A stretch of 64,000 bases of DNA from Patescibacteria group bacterium (GCA_035527655.1 DATLAB010000014.1:33099-97098), one strand, 5' to 3'; numbered from the stretch's first letter, positions 35,643 to 45,196 are shown. The notes: generated from the sequence alone by a model not told the origin. Numbers and translations: made by a program.

Positions 35643-37847
35643 TTGATTATGTCAACAGAAAGTATTTTTAGAACGACCGTCGGTGGGCACGAATACATAC
35701 TATCCACCGGCAAACTGGCCGAACAGGCCGGTGGCGCTGTAACCCTCCGGGTTGGCGACAGCATGCTGTTGGCGACAGCTACCATGTCCAAGACAGTCCG
35801 TGAGGGGCTCGATTTTTTCCCTCTCAGCGTAGACTATGAAGAAAAGATGTATGCGGCCGGTCGCATTCCGGGTAGCTTCTTCCGTCGTGAAGGACGACCA
35901 AGCACGGAAGCGATCTTGATTTGCCGATTAACAGATCGTCCCCTTAGGCCGCTATTTCCCAAAGGAATGCGTAATGAAGTCCAGGTAATCATCACAACCC
36001 TATCTTCAGATAGCCTCTTTCACCTCGATACGATGGCCGTAAACGCGGCCAGCTGCGCGCTCACGATTTCGGATATCCCTTGGAATGGTCCAATTGGCGC
36101 GGTGCGCATCGCCCACATTGATGGCGAATTGATCGTCAATCCCACCATCGAACAGATGGCTGGTAGCACTCTCGATTTGCGCATGGCGGGTTCGCGAGAA
36201 GCGATTATCATGGTCGAAGCGGGCGGAGACGAGGTGCCTGAGGAGCTGTTAATTGAGGCGCTGGAGTTTGGTCACAAATCACTCCAGCCCTTTATCGATA
36301 TGCAAATTGAAATGCGCGAAGCAGTGGGTAAAGAAAAATTGGAAGTCCAAATCGCCGCATCAGATCCAGCGCTTGATGAACAGGTTCGCGCCCGACTGGG
36401 CGATCGCATCAAGAATATCATCGCCGAACAAACCGACCGCGGGGCTCGCAACGAACATATGGACCAACTGCGCGATGAAGTCGTCGACGGCTTTGTCGAA
36501 GGGGATAGCAAGATCGAGCCTAAAGATGTACGGGAGATAATTAGCACCGTTCTGAAAGAAGAGATTCGTAACCGTATCTTGTACGAGGGCATTCGCCCTG
36601 ATGGTCGCGGTTACTCTGATATCCGGGAGCTAAGCTCAGAAATTGAGATTAGCCCTCGAGCCCACGGTTCTGGACTTTTTCGCCGTGGAGAAACCCAGGT
36701 TCTATCGCTTGTCGCCTTAGGAACGCTTAGGGAAGCTCAAAAACTTGACGGTCTATATCCAGAGGATACTCGCCGCTTTATCCATCATTACAATTTCCCA
36801 CCTTTCTCAACCGGAGAAACCTGGTTCCTTAGAGGGCCAAAACGTCGAGAAATCGGACATGGGGCATTGGTGGAGAATGCTCTGCGGCCGATGGTCCCGA
36901 GTGAAGAAGATTTTCCCTACACGATTCGGGTTGTTTCCGAAGTGTTATCTTCAAATGGCAGCACCAGTCAAGCCAGTGTATGCGCGACAAGTCTGGCTCT
37001 GATGGATTGTGGTGTGCCGCTCATTCGTCCTGTTGCCGGTATCGCGATGGGTCTGGTTTCCGACGGTAACAAACACGCCGTGCTAACTGATATTCAAGGC
37101 TTAGAGGACCATCTCGGCGACATGGATTTTAAGGTGGCGGGAACAGTAAATGGGACTACCGCGCTCCAGATGGACATCAAGATTTCAGGTCTTTCACGCG
37201 AGGTGATGGCCCAGGCATTAGAGCAAGCTCGGATCGCTCGCCTGGCCATTCTGGAGAGTATGGGCCAAACGATGCCAGAACCCCGTGCAGAACTTAGCAA
37301 ATGGGCGCCAAGGATGGTGAGCATTAAGATCGATCCTGATAAGATCGGCGCCATCATTGGTAAAGGTGGTAGCACCATTCGCAGCCTGGAAGAAGAGTTT
37401 GAAGTATCTGTCGATATCCAAGATGATGGGACGGTCTATGTTGCCGGTGTTGATGGTGAACAAACCGATCTGGCATTGAAGAAGATTGGCTACCTGACAA
37501 GATCACCTGAATTGGGTCAGATATTCACTGGCAAAGTAGTCAGGACCACAGACTTCGGCGCCTTCGTGGAATTTACCCCTGGGGTTGACGGCATGGTCCA
37601 CATTTCACAGCTATCGTCAGATCGTCTTGATCGCGTGGAAGACGCAGCGGTTGTTGGAGATGAGATTATGGTTATGATCACCGATATTGACAAAGTGACC
37701 GGAAAGATCCGGCTTTCCCGGCAGGCCGTGTTGGAGGGCTGGACACTAGAAGAAGCCCAGGCAAGTGACTCGGTTCGTAGTTCCAGTGGCCGGGGCGACC
37801 GCCGCGGTGGCGGCAGCGGTGGTGGAAGACGCGGATCGCGTCGCTAA
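35643..37847 (+). CDS. pnp: Polyribonucleotide nucleotidyltransferase (PNPase)
   Basis: Two RNase PH domains, KH (IGAIIGKGGSTIRSLEEE) and S1 (GQIFTGKVVRTTDFGAFVEF), with a Gly/Arg-rich tail, in the classic rpsO-pnp arrangement. The start is either TTG 35643 or ATG 35649, after GGAGG at 35634-38. Confidence 0.97.
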   Translation: MIMSTESIFRTTVGGHEYILSTGKLAEQAGGAVTLRVGDSMLLATATMSKTVREGLDFFPLSVDYEEKMYAAGRIPGSFFRREGRPSTEAILICRLTDRPLRPLFPKGMRNEVQVIITTLSSDSLFHLDTMAVNAASCALTISDIPWNGPIGAVRIAHIDGELIVNPTIEQMAGSTLDLRMAGSREAIIMVEAGGDEVPEELLIEALEFGHKSLQPFIDMQIEMREAVGKEKLEVQIAASDPALDEQVRARLGDRIKNIIAEQTDRGARNEHMDQLRDEVVDGFVEGDSKIEPKDVREIISTVLKEEIRNRILYEGIRPDGRGYSDIRELSSEIEISPRAHGSGLFRRGETQVLSLVALGTLREAQKLDGLYPEDTRRFIHHYNFPPFSTGETWFLRGPKRREIGHGALVENALRPMVPSEEDFPYTIRVVSEVLSSNGSTSQASVCATSLALMDCGVPLIRPVAGIAMGLVSDGNKHAVLTDIQGLEDHLGDMDFKVAGTVNGTTALQMDIKISGLSREVMAQALEQARIARLAILESMGQTMPEPRAELSKWAPRMVSIKIDPDKIGAIIGKGGSTIRSLEEEFEVSVDIQDDGTVYVAGVDGEQTDLALKKIGYLTRSPELGQIFTGKVVRTTDFGAFVEFTPGVDGMVHISQLSSDRLDRVEDAAVVGDEIMVMITDIDKVTGKIRLSRQAVLEGWTLEEAQASDSVRSSSGRGDRRGGGSGGGRRGSRR

Positions 37848-37866
37848 TCTTTTGCTTTATCATATC

Positions 37867-37901
37867 AAGCCCTGATCTTCACCGGTCAGGGCTTTTTTTT
37901 T
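37867..37901 (+). terminator. Rho-independent terminator of pnp
   Basis: An 11-bp stem AAGCCCTGATC / GGTCAGGGCTT (one G-U pair) with a 6-nt loop runs into nine T residues (37893-37901), 20 nt after the pnp stop. Confidence 0.8.
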
Positions 37902-38056
37902 GCTTTTAAACCCGACCATTCACCGCTATAATGGCTGGATACTGCAAGTTGTATCGGCATATATCAGCGGTGTTGGATTTCGGTCGAATGGCAATTGGAC
38001 AGGGTTAACAATGCTACTCCAGATTCGAGCCACCTGTTAAAGTTGAGGAGAAAGGA

Positions 38057-38245
38057 ATGGCAGAACAAGATACAAGTGAAACGCTGGCAGAAACAGAGAA
38101 TCTTATCGCTTGGCGGAGCAAAGAGGAAAAAGGGTACGTCTATCATCTTGAACTCGGCCCGAGCTTCAGTCTTCACCTGATGGCTGATGAATGGGAGGAA
38201 TTGTTAATTCTCTTGGAGGATGCTGCTCGCAGCCGGTTACCGTGA
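38057..38245 (+). CDS. Small acidic hypothetical protein (62 aa)
   Basis: Good SD (GAGGAGAAAGGAATG). I recognise no family. Confidence 0.45.
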   Translation: MAEQDTSETLAETENLIAWRSKEEKGYVYHLELGPSFSLHLMADEWEELLILLEDAARSRLP

Positions 38246-38276
38246 CAACCCACCTTATATCTCTTTAGGTGATCAA

Positions 38277-38990
38277 ATGAACTCAAATGAGCCGAAACCA
38301 GAATATATTCACATGATCAGGGATATGGCTGAAGGGGACCGGCCACGCGAAAGGATGTACCAAGCGGGAGAACGGGCTCTGTCCACTGTCGAGCTGCTGG
38401 CTATCACTTTACGCACCGGTGTTGGCGGTGAAAGTGTCATACGCCTGTCCGAGCGGCTACTTAATCAACTCAACGGCCTGCCCGGTCTGGCCAAGGCATC
38501 GATGAATGAACTCCAAGGTGTCAAGGGCATCGGACCGGCCAAAGCAGCAGAAGTAAAAGCAGCTCTCGAACTGGGAAGACGTCTCATGGCCAGCGCCCCG
38601 GAACAAAAGAGCCGCATTGCATCACCGGCCGATGCCGCTAATCTCCTGATGTCAGACATGGCTTTCTTGGAACAGGAACATTTGCGTCTGGTGTTGTTGG
38701 ATACACGAAATCAAGTGATATCAACGCCAACTGTTTATATCGGCAGTCTCAATACATCGGTAATTCGGGTTGGTGAATTATTCCGCTTTGCCATCAAGGA
38801 CAATGCAGCCGCCCTGATAGTGGCCCATAATCATCCGTCGGGAGATCCATCCCCATCTCCTGAAGATGTTCATGTCACCCGCCTGATAGTCAAAGCAGGC
38901 AAGCTCTTGGACATCGAGGTCCTTGATCACTTGATAATCTGCCGTCAACGATTTGTTTCTTTAAAAGAGCGGGGATTAGGGTTCGAGTGA
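38277..38990 (+). CDS. radC: RadC-family JAB/MPN domain protein (UPF0758)
   Basis: [10 protein letters not shown], the HhH motif [25 protein letters not shown], and the JAMM motif [18 protein letters not shown] 38277 is preferred over the listed 38220, which would overlap the upstream small ORF. Confidence 0.9.
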   Translation: MNSNEPKPEYIHMIRDMAEGDRPRERMYQAGERALSTVELLAITLRTGVGGESVIRLSERLLNQLNGLPGLAKASMNELQGVKGIGPAKAAEVKAALELGRRLMASAPEQKSRIASPADAANLLMSDMAFLEQEHLRLVLLDTRNQVISTPTVYIGSLNTSVIRVGELFRFAIKDNAAALIVAHNHPSGDPSPSPEDVHVTRLIVKAGKLLDIEVLDHLIICRQRFVSLKERGLGFE

Positions 38991-39015
38991 CAGAGATATG
39001 ATCTATTGCCTGGGA

Positions 39016-40269
39016 TTATTCCCTGGCCATTAAGGCAATATCAACAACCCGCGTGTCAAAAGTATGTCCGGAAGCAATTAAGGTCAGTGATTTGATTTGT
39101 TGAGGCTGTGCGTTAAGAAGCCGGAGCTTCTCCATCAAGTTATCTGATTCATAAAAAACCAATTGCTTGTATGGTACCCTTTGATGTTCATTAAGCGGTG
39201 GGGGGCAAGCTACACAGACATCGGGTGTCGTACTGCCAATTTCCCCAACAGCAAAAAAACCTTGCTGCCATATTTGGTCGACACCATTCATATCGACGTA
39301 TTCTATCCTTAGAATCAAAGGACATTCGCTACCCTGCTGTCCACAGACGCCCAAGCTTTGCTCCGCAACCTCCATGCTAATGGCCACACTTAGGCTAGAG
39401 TAATCGGTGACATCCTCGCCAATTATCTGACGCATCCCGGCATCCGCATGCCCCAATCCGACGCGACGGAAAATCAATATTGGCTCGTTGCCATCCATTT
39501 GAACGTCGACTTCGACTTCAGACTGGTCTGCAATCTCTACGTTCGGAGCAAGCCCCACCCACTCACTTAATCCATCGGCAAATCCGCCGTTAGTCACTAA
39601 ATTGCGCTCGGCGCCAAACGGTCCAGATATAGAACCGTCAGATAATAAGGCTACCCGCTGATCGGAAATCAAACTTATTTCAGCCTCGGCCGAAGTTACG
39701 GTAGCTTCTCCATCCAAGACGGCCACCAATGTTTCCGTATTAGAGCTTGAGATAGAATATTGTCCCTCTTGATTGAAGGAGATGACTCCCTGGGGAGTGG
39801 ACATGCGAACAGAAATATCTCTTTCCCCGATTTCAGGGACGCCAACAAACAATCGACCACCATTTAGCGTTAATGCGATATCGTGATTAGATGAGCTCGC
39901 CGAAAATCGTGGGGCCATCGCTCTATCTACGGAAACGTGAGTATTACCATAGATTTGAACCCGCATAGCCTGTGATTGATTGTCAGGGGTATTAACCAAC
40001 AAGAATGCTTGATCCGCGGCATTGGTCAAAACGGTGCTACCAGCATTTATTTCATACGCAGGATCACCGGTGAATAATGCGACAGTTTCTCCATCGCTTC
40101 GGAGAACACCAACTGTTCCTTGGTTGGCCTGGACCATTATATTTAGCGAACGTGTCGCCTCTTGAATAGTCCAGTTGACGGCGATAGGTATGGAAACCAG
40201 CATGCCCAGGAAGGCAATAAAACCGGCCAGGAGCAGGATCCAAGCCAGTCGTTGACGACGATCAATCAT
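39016..40269 (-). CDS. Membrane-anchored hypothetical protein (N-terminal TM; CBM4_9-like NGGFADGLSEW segment)
   Basis: TM LAWILLLAGFIAFLGMLVSIPIAV. The ATG overlaps the acyP stop (ATGA). The family is not firmly recognised. Confidence 0.6.
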   Translation of the reverse strand: MIDRRQRLAWILLLAGFIAFLGMLVSIPIAVNWTIQEATRSLNIMVQANQGTVGVLRSDGETVALFTGDPAYEINAGSTVLTNAADQAFLLVNTPDNQSQAMRVQIYGNTHVSVDRAMAPRFSASSSNHDIALTLNGGRLFVGVPEIGERDISVRMSTPQGVISFNQEGQYSISSSNTETLVAVLDGEATVTSAEAEISLISDQRVALLSDGSISGPFGAERNLVTNGGFADGLSEWVGLAPNVEIADQSEVEVDVQMDGNEPILIFRRVGLGHADAGMRQIIGEDVTDYSSLSVAISMEVAEQSLGVCGQQGSECPLILRIEYVDMNGVDQIWQQGFFAVGEIGSTTPDVCVACPPPLNEHQRVPYKQLVFYESDNLMEKLRLLNAQPQQIKSLTLIASGHTFDTRVVDIALMARE

Positions 40270-40541
40270 ATTGCACGAATCTCAAATTTTTTATACCTTC
40301 TACTAGATTCGGACCAGCTGATTTCAACCTTTTCCACACGGGCGGAATCTGGTCCCTGGTGAAGGAAATCAATCAAAGAGGATAAATGCTCCTTTGAACC
40401 TTCCGCCACAACCAACACTGAACCATCAGGCTCATTTCTTACCCATCCGTTTAATCCGAGACTTCGGGCTTGCTTTTGCGTGTAATAGCGGAATGCGACG
40501 CCTTGTACACGACCGTGAACATAAGCTGTAAGCTTATGCAT
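40266..40541 (-). CDS. acyP: Acylphosphatase
   Basis: VHGRVQGVAFRYYTQKQARSLGLNGWVRNEPDGSVLVVAEG is the canonical acylphosphatase signature, and the 91-aa length fits. Confidence 0.9.
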   Translation of the reverse strand: MHKLTAYVHGRVQGVAFRYYTQKQARSLGLNGWVRNEPDGSVLVVAEGSKEHLSSLIDFLHQGPDSARVEKVEISWSESSRRYKKFEIRAI

Positions 40542-40666
40542 ATTTCAATATTGCCTCAGGGCTAGAGCAACTGCTGTCCGCAGCTTGCCAGCCAAGTACG
40601 GATGTTCCATCTGCTGGAGAATTATACCCGGTATAGAGGGGCAACAAAATGGTGAAATACCAGGCT

Positions 40667-41050
40667 TCACAAGGCACGCATTGTACGACCAGCTACAGCC
40701 AGTCCTTGATAAATCAATCCAGTGCTTAGCTGGACCAACAAAACCCCAGCTGCCAACTTTTGCCGTGTATCCATTGCCGAAAATACGCCGCCAACACCAA
40801 TAACCGATTTTTGACCCTGTTCGGAATGGCCTATATAAGCAATCATATCGTTGCTTTTTTGGTCTGAATGAGTTCCCTTGAAGCCCCCGACCTCACTATA
40901 ATGTTGGCTCGATAATCCATTGCTGACTAAAGTTTTATAGATAGCCACAATATCGTCAATGTCTTGGCTGAGGGTGCTATCCAGGATCTGCTCGATCTCA
41001 TGAAAAGAGGGACAAAGCGCAATTTTGACGTGCAGGGCTTTATTTCGCAT
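40667..41050 (-). CDS. Hypothetical protein (127 aa)
   Basis: This is the only ORF of appreciable size between lepA and acyP on the shared strand. It has no SD and no recognisable motif. Confidence 0.3.
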   Translation of the reverse strand: MRNKALHVKIALCPSFHEIEQILDSTLSQDIDDIVAIYKTLVSNGLSSQHYSEVGGFKGTHSDQKSNDMIAYIGHSEQGQKSVIGVGGVFSAMDTRQKLAAGVLLVQLSTGLIYQGLAVAGRTMRAL

Positions 41051-41223
41051 CTCAAAGTGGTTAGAGCCAGCGAGAATTCACAAGAATGCACTGCCAACTA
41101 CACATCTTTGGTGCACCTTCAGCAATTGTAATGACCCTTTATGGGCTTTTTCTTCATCGTCCCGCTTTAGGACGAGGTAGATGAGTTGCTGATACATGTT
41201 GTTAAATCAAGTTGATGCTCAAT

Positions 41224-43035
41224 TTAGTTATCATCAAGTCTTAGAACCGCCATGAATGCCTCCTGAGGAACCTCGACGTTGCCAATCATTTTCATCCGCT
41301 TCTTGCCCTTTTTTTGCTTCTCCAACAGTTTACGCTTCCGGCTAACGTCACCACCGTAACATTTTGCGAGGACATCCTTCCGTAGGGCCTTAACATTAGC
41401 TCTACTCAATACCTTATTCCCAACAGAAGCTTGAATCGGCACTTCGAACATTTGGCGAGGTATCAATTTCCTCAAGGCTGTAACCATCTTTTGCCCCCGA
41501 TGATAAGCATCGTCTTGGTGCACAATCATTGCCAGGGCATCAACCTGTTGGTGGTTCACCAGGATATCCAGCTTAACAAGATCAGCTGGACGATAACCCA
41601 CAAACTCATAATCCATTGAGGCGTAGCCGCGGGTGGCACTCTTCAACTTATCGTAAAAATCTATTACAATCTCTGCCAAGGGAATGGCAAATTGCAGGAT
41701 AATTCGGCCGGGTGTGGGAAATTCCTGACCGATAATTTCCCCTCTCCGCTTCATCACGAGATCCATAACAATGCCATAGTATTCATCTGGCGTAAAGATA
41801 TGAACATCCATCCATGGCTCGCGAACCTCTTCAATTTGACTTGGATCAGGTAATTCTGCCGGGCTTTCAATTACTTTCACCTGAGCGGTGTGCTCGTACA
41901 CGACCTCATAGCGTACACTCGGCGCAGTCGCCACTAAATCAATATCGTATTCACGCTCTAATCGCTCCTGGATAATCTCCATATGAAACAAGCCCAGGAA
42001 TCCACACCGAAAGCCGAAATTCAAAGCGGTCGATATTTCTGGCTCATAGACCAGCGCGGCGTCATTAAGCTGCAACTTTTCTAGTGCTTCTTTGAGCAGT
42101 TGATAATCTTCACCTTCGGTTGGATAGAATCCTGCAAAAACCATCGGTTTTGCAGGCCGGTAGCCCGCCAATGGCACCTCGGACGGATTATGGACCGTAG
42201 TTATTGTCGCCCCAACACTGCATTCACGTACTGATTTTAGACCCGTGGCAATATACCCAACTTCGCCGGCGCTTAACTGGCTAACACGCTCCATTCCAGG
42301 GCTGAAAATGCCTATTTCAGCCGGTTCAGCTTCGACGTGATTAGACATAACCCGGATGATATCCCCATCGGCAATTTTGCCATCAAATACCCGAACGTAG
42401 GCAATCACTCCCTTGTAAGAATCATAATGGGAGTCGAAAACAAGGGCGCGCAATGGTTTTTCCGGATCACCAGCTGGTGGTGGAATCCGCTGCACGACCG
42501 CCTCGAGGACCTGATCAACATTTGCCCCTGTTTTTGCACTGATATGGAGGATCTCTTCAGCAGGGACCCCGATTAGATTCTCCAGATCCTCGGCTACTTC
42601 TTCAGGCATCGCGGCCGGTAAATCAATTTTGTTTATGACCGGAACAATCTCAAGATCGGCTTCCAAGGCCAGGTACAAGTTGGCCAATGTTTGCGCCTCT
42701 ATACCCTGGGTGGCATCGACAACTAGAATAGCACCCTCGCAACTATTTAACGCCCGGCTAACCTCATAGGCGAAATCCACATGTCCGGGTGTATCGATCA
42801 GATTCAACTCATAGTCAACGCCATCCGAGGCAGTATAAGATATTCGCACCGATGACGCCTTTATGGTTACGCCTCTTTCGCGCTCCAACTCCATATTGTC
42901 CAAAACTTGTTCCTGCATATCACGATCAGATATGGTGCCTGTGATCTGTAGGAGGCGATCGGCAAGCGTTGACTTACCATGGTCAATATGGGCAATGATA
43001 CAAAAGTTTCGGATATTATCTTGGTTCATACCCAC
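41224..43035 (-). CDS. lepA: Translation elongation factor 4 (LepA)
   Basis: [36 protein letters not shown] and the LepA C-terminal domain ...[18 protein letters not shown]. Confidence 0.97.
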   Translation of the reverse strand: MGMNQDNIRNFCIIAHIDHGKSTLADRLLQITGTISDRDMQEQVLDNMELERERGVTIKASSVRISYTASDGVDYELNLIDTPGHVDFAYEVSRALNSCEGAILVVDATQGIEAQTLANLYLALEADLEIVPVINKIDLPAAMPEEVAEDLENLIGVPAEEILHISAKTGANVDQVLEAVVQRIPPPAGDPEKPLRALVFDSHYDSYKGVIAYVRVFDGKIADGDIIRVMSNHVEAEPAEIGIFSPGMERVSQLSAGEVGYIATGLKSVRECSVGATITTVHNPSEVPLAGYRPAKPMVFAGFYPTEGEDYQLLKEALEKLQLNDAALVYEPEISTALNFGFRCGFLGLFHMEIIQERLEREYDIDLVATAPSVRYEVVYEHTAQVKVIESPAELPDPSQIEEVREPWMDVHIFTPDEYYGIVMDLVMKRRGEIIGQEFPTPGRIILQFAIPLAEIVIDFYDKLKSATRGYASMDYEFVGYRPADLVKLDILVNHQQVDALAMIVHQDDAYHRGQKMVTALRKLIPRQMFEVPIQASVGNKVLSRANVKALRKDVLAKCYGGDVSRKRKLLEKQKKGKKRMKMIGNVEVPQEAFMAVLRLDDN

Positions 43036-43169
43036 AAGTATACAAATGTCTACGCTTCGGTGCAGCTATCAAACAATCACCTCGGTGGGATTGCGGTTGC
43101 AGACTGCTACAGGCTTATATGGTTGGGTTTGAAAAATTCAGCGCTGGCGTTCAGTGATAAAGTCAACTT

Positions 43170-43560
43170 CAAATGGACAGTGGCAATGTTGTAGTTACGG
43201 CTGCTGTTGCTTTCCATGTTCCACTTGTTGGCGGCGTTTCCGGTAGCTGGGATCTCGGCCTATCCGCTGACATACTAAACCTGCTGCCCGGTGAAGGTGG
43301 TGAACTTTGGGAGCGGAAATATCAGTCCTTTGCTATTCACCCAACTCTGAGGTGAACTTGGTCTAGATTTAGACCAGGTACTCCTCCTTGACCAGGCAGG
43401 CAATCTCGTCGATCAAACGCTTGTCAAGCCCATAGGGTGGCTATCTGCCCCGGCTCCCGCGAGCCAGCGCGTATGCCGATAACCTGTTAGCAACCCGCCA
43501 GTTTACCACAGTATCTACCCTGCTTTCCTCATGGGATTATTGTCCGATAATATTTCCATC
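43170..43560 (+). mobile_element. Possible heavily decayed IS630/Tc1-mariner-type DDE transposase remnant
   Basis: Across shifting frames there are GELWERKYQSFAIHP (cf. WAPKGQRP), VLLLDQAGNLVDQTLVKP (cf. the LDQAGWH...L.P block common in IS630-type transposases) and YLPRLPRAS...NLLATRQFTTVSTL (cf. PPYSPELNP...N.F.S..EL). Several stops and frameshifts are present and no intact ORF remains. The match relies on my recollection of family consensus only. Confidence 0.3.
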
Positions 43561-43667
43561 CTAGACCCAATGCAGCACATTTTATCGTTTTGTTCTTTCT
43601 TGTTCAATGTCACCCTTTCCATCATAGTGACACTTTCATTGAACAATAACAAAATCACAAATTCGGG

Positions 43668-43696
43668 TTGACTATTTTAGCCAATCCGTATATCCT
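43668..43696 (+). promoter_or_regulatory. Candidate promoter TTGACT-17 nt-TATCCT upstream of the small-peptide ORF
   Basis: TTGACT at 43668-73, a 17-nt spacer, then TATCCT at 43691-96, about 250 nt upstream of the 56-codon ORF in an AT-rich non-coding stretch. This is a pattern match only. Confidence 0.3.
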
Positions 43697-43697
43697 T

Positions 43698-43737
43698 TAG
43701 TACTAAGGTCATGTAGTACTGTAGTACCCTAGGTACC
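43698..43737 (+). promoter_or_regulatory. Cluster of four GTAC-core repeats (TAGTACT, GTAGTAC x2 tandem, GGTACC), operator-like
   Basis: The sequence is tAGTACTaaggtcatGTAGTACtGTAGTACcctagGTACC, immediately downstream of the candidate -10. AGTAC/GGTAC motifs recur at 45297-45301, 45357-45361 and 45365-45370, upstream of the kinase gene. Confidence 0.35.
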
Positions 43738-43948
43738 TTAATAGTTTAATAGACAGATGGTGTGTACGTGCTTCAGTTCCTGGAATTGATATTCGGTCCA
43801 TGTAATCCTTCGCCAGACCAGCCATTTATTTTTATGTAATCAATATTCTCTCATCGGCGAAAGATTGCCCGATTGTCAATGCCAAGTTTTTATTTATTGG
43901 AGAGTGGGATGCCCCACAATCCAACCCTTATGGAAAGAGGAGAAATAA

Positions 43949-44119
43949 ATGAGCGAGCAACTGAATATCAACACGTTCCATCAGCTATTAAACTCGGAAT
44001 CCGATCAAGGTTCACTTCTGGGTACGTTACGCAGTATAACGGAAGTAAACGATCCGGCAGACCTAAACCTGAAAGCTGGTGGTACGTCGCTGGGTACATG
44101 GGCGGGCTGGCGGAGATAA
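43949..44119 (+). CDS. Unlisted 56-aa ORF: candidate ComX-like (RiPP-type) precursor peptide, MSEQLNINTFHQLLNSESDQGSLLGTLRSITEVNDPADLNLKAGGTSLGTWAGWRR
   Basis: I translated it by hand. The SD GAGGAG at 43937-42 lies 6 nt before ATG 43949, and TAA is at 44117-19. It falls below the 60-aa cut-off of the ORF track. It has an acidic/polar leader, a Gly-Gly, then an 11-residue tail with two Trp. It is on the same strand as the IPPS-fold gene and 102 nt upstream of it. Confidence 0.55.
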   Translation: MSEQLNINTFHQLLNSESDQGSLLGTLRSITEVNDPADLNLKAGGTSLGTWAGWRR

Positions 44120-44221
44120 GCAACTGCAATCTATTAAGATAGCTTAAGATAATAGAAGTGGAATCGATGGTTCTGACGGCTTGTGAAGGCGGTCTGGTGA
44201 TGGCTATGGCGTTAGGTATTC

Positions 44222-45181
44222 TTGGCGGTAAATAGCTCAGAGATCAAAGAGATCCTCGGGACGTTTCCGGAAATTGGAAAGTGGCCGGATTTGGTCGGAG
44301 TTTTTGATCGTGCCGGGGACGTGAAGCGGCCGGATTGGGAGCTACCTATATTAGCCTGTCAGGCGGTTGGCGGAGACCGCTCCCAGGCTCTACCCGGAGC
44401 TGTTGCCGTTGCATGTCTCCAGTTGAGCATCATCATCGTTGACGATATTCTCGATGATGACTGCGGGGGTGTTCACTTCCTTTATGGGAATGGACCAGCG
44501 GCAAATATGGCGCTTGCCTACCAATCACTTGCGGCTTTGAGTTTGTGTCGCGCAGAAATAAGTGACTTTGACAAGGCAAGAGCCAGCGAGGCTCTGAACA
44601 GAGCGGCGTTAAAGACGGCAACTGGCCAGCAACTGGATGTTCAAAACCTTCGTGGTGAAGAAAGTTATTGGCTGGTTATACACGCGAAGAGCACACCTTT
44701 CTATGGCTTTGCCTTTGAGCTTGGTGCAATTCTTGGATCTGCATCAGCCAGTATCACCCAGGATATGTACTCTCTTGGAGTCGTTATTGGCGAGATCATC
44801 CAGGTTGAGGATGATCTTATCGATGCACTGGAAGTGCCTGCTAATGCAGACTGGAAGCAAGGGCGTAATAACTTGCTTTTGCTTTACGCTCAAACAGCGG
44901 AGCATGAAAAACGAGAACAATTCCTCCGGTTACTAACTAAAATTGATGATCCTGGAGCATTAGCAGAGGCCCAGCGGATCCTGGTTTCATGTGGTGCAGT
45001 TTCCTATGCATCTTACCAATTGATAAATCGTTATCGAAAAGCAATAAAACTCCTTAGGGGTATGTCCCTAATAGATCCGTCGGGTCTCCATCACGTGCTT
45101 GATGAGTACGCTGATTCCCTCCGAACCAGACTAAAATTGAGTGATATTGAGTTATTCAATGAATCGTTAAAGGATATCTAA
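44222..45181 (+). CDS. Polyprenyl-diphosphate-synthase-fold protein (trans-IPPS family) lacking IPP-binding basic motifs; candidate ComQ-like peptide prenyltransferase
   Basis: First Asp-rich motif IIIVDDILDDD (44441-44461), then GQQLDV, KST and the second Asp-rich motif IQVEDDLID (44810-44824). The canonical GGKRxRP is GGDRSQALP here, and the RRG following the first motif is CGG. TTG start (44222); the frame is closed just upstream by TAG 44213-15. Confidence 0.8.
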   Translation: MAVNSSEIKEILGTFPEIGKWPDLVGVFDRAGDVKRPDWELPILACQAVGGDRSQALPGAVAVACLQLSIIIVDDILDDDCGGVHFLYGNGPAANMALAYQSLAALSLCRAEISDFDKARASEALNRAALKTATGQQLDVQNLRGEESYWLVIHAKSTPFYGFAFELGAILGSASASITQDMYSLGVVIGEIIQVEDDLIDALEVPANADWKQGRNNLLLLYAQTAEHEKREQFLRLLTKIDDPGALAEAQRILVSCGAVSYASYQLINRYRKAIKLLRGMSLIDPSGLHHVLDEYADSLRTRLKLSDIELFNESLKDI

Positions 45182-45196
45182 ACCTCATCAGCTAAA

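Noticed and set aside
41051-41223. 39-codon ORF (MYQQLIYLVLKRDDEEKAHKG...) plus the 127-aa ORF as a possible frameshifted single gene downstream of lepA
   Set aside because: I could not recognise a family spanning both pieces, so a frameshift cannot be argued from the sequence alone.
43873-44142. Listed 89-aa ORF overlapping the 56-codon ORF in another frame
   Set aside because: It has a TTG start, no SD and a composition without features. The overlapping 56-aa frame has a near-ideal GAGGAG-N6-ATG and a coherent leader/core layout. I cannot fully exclude it without comparative data.
44167-44235. 22-codon hydrophobic ORF (MVLTACEGGLVMAMALGILGGK) between the small peptide ORF and the IPPS-fold gene
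   Set aside because: It has a weak SD, is very short, and overlaps the probable TTG start of the downstream gene. There is not enough evidence to call it, but it is worth checking if the locus is studied.
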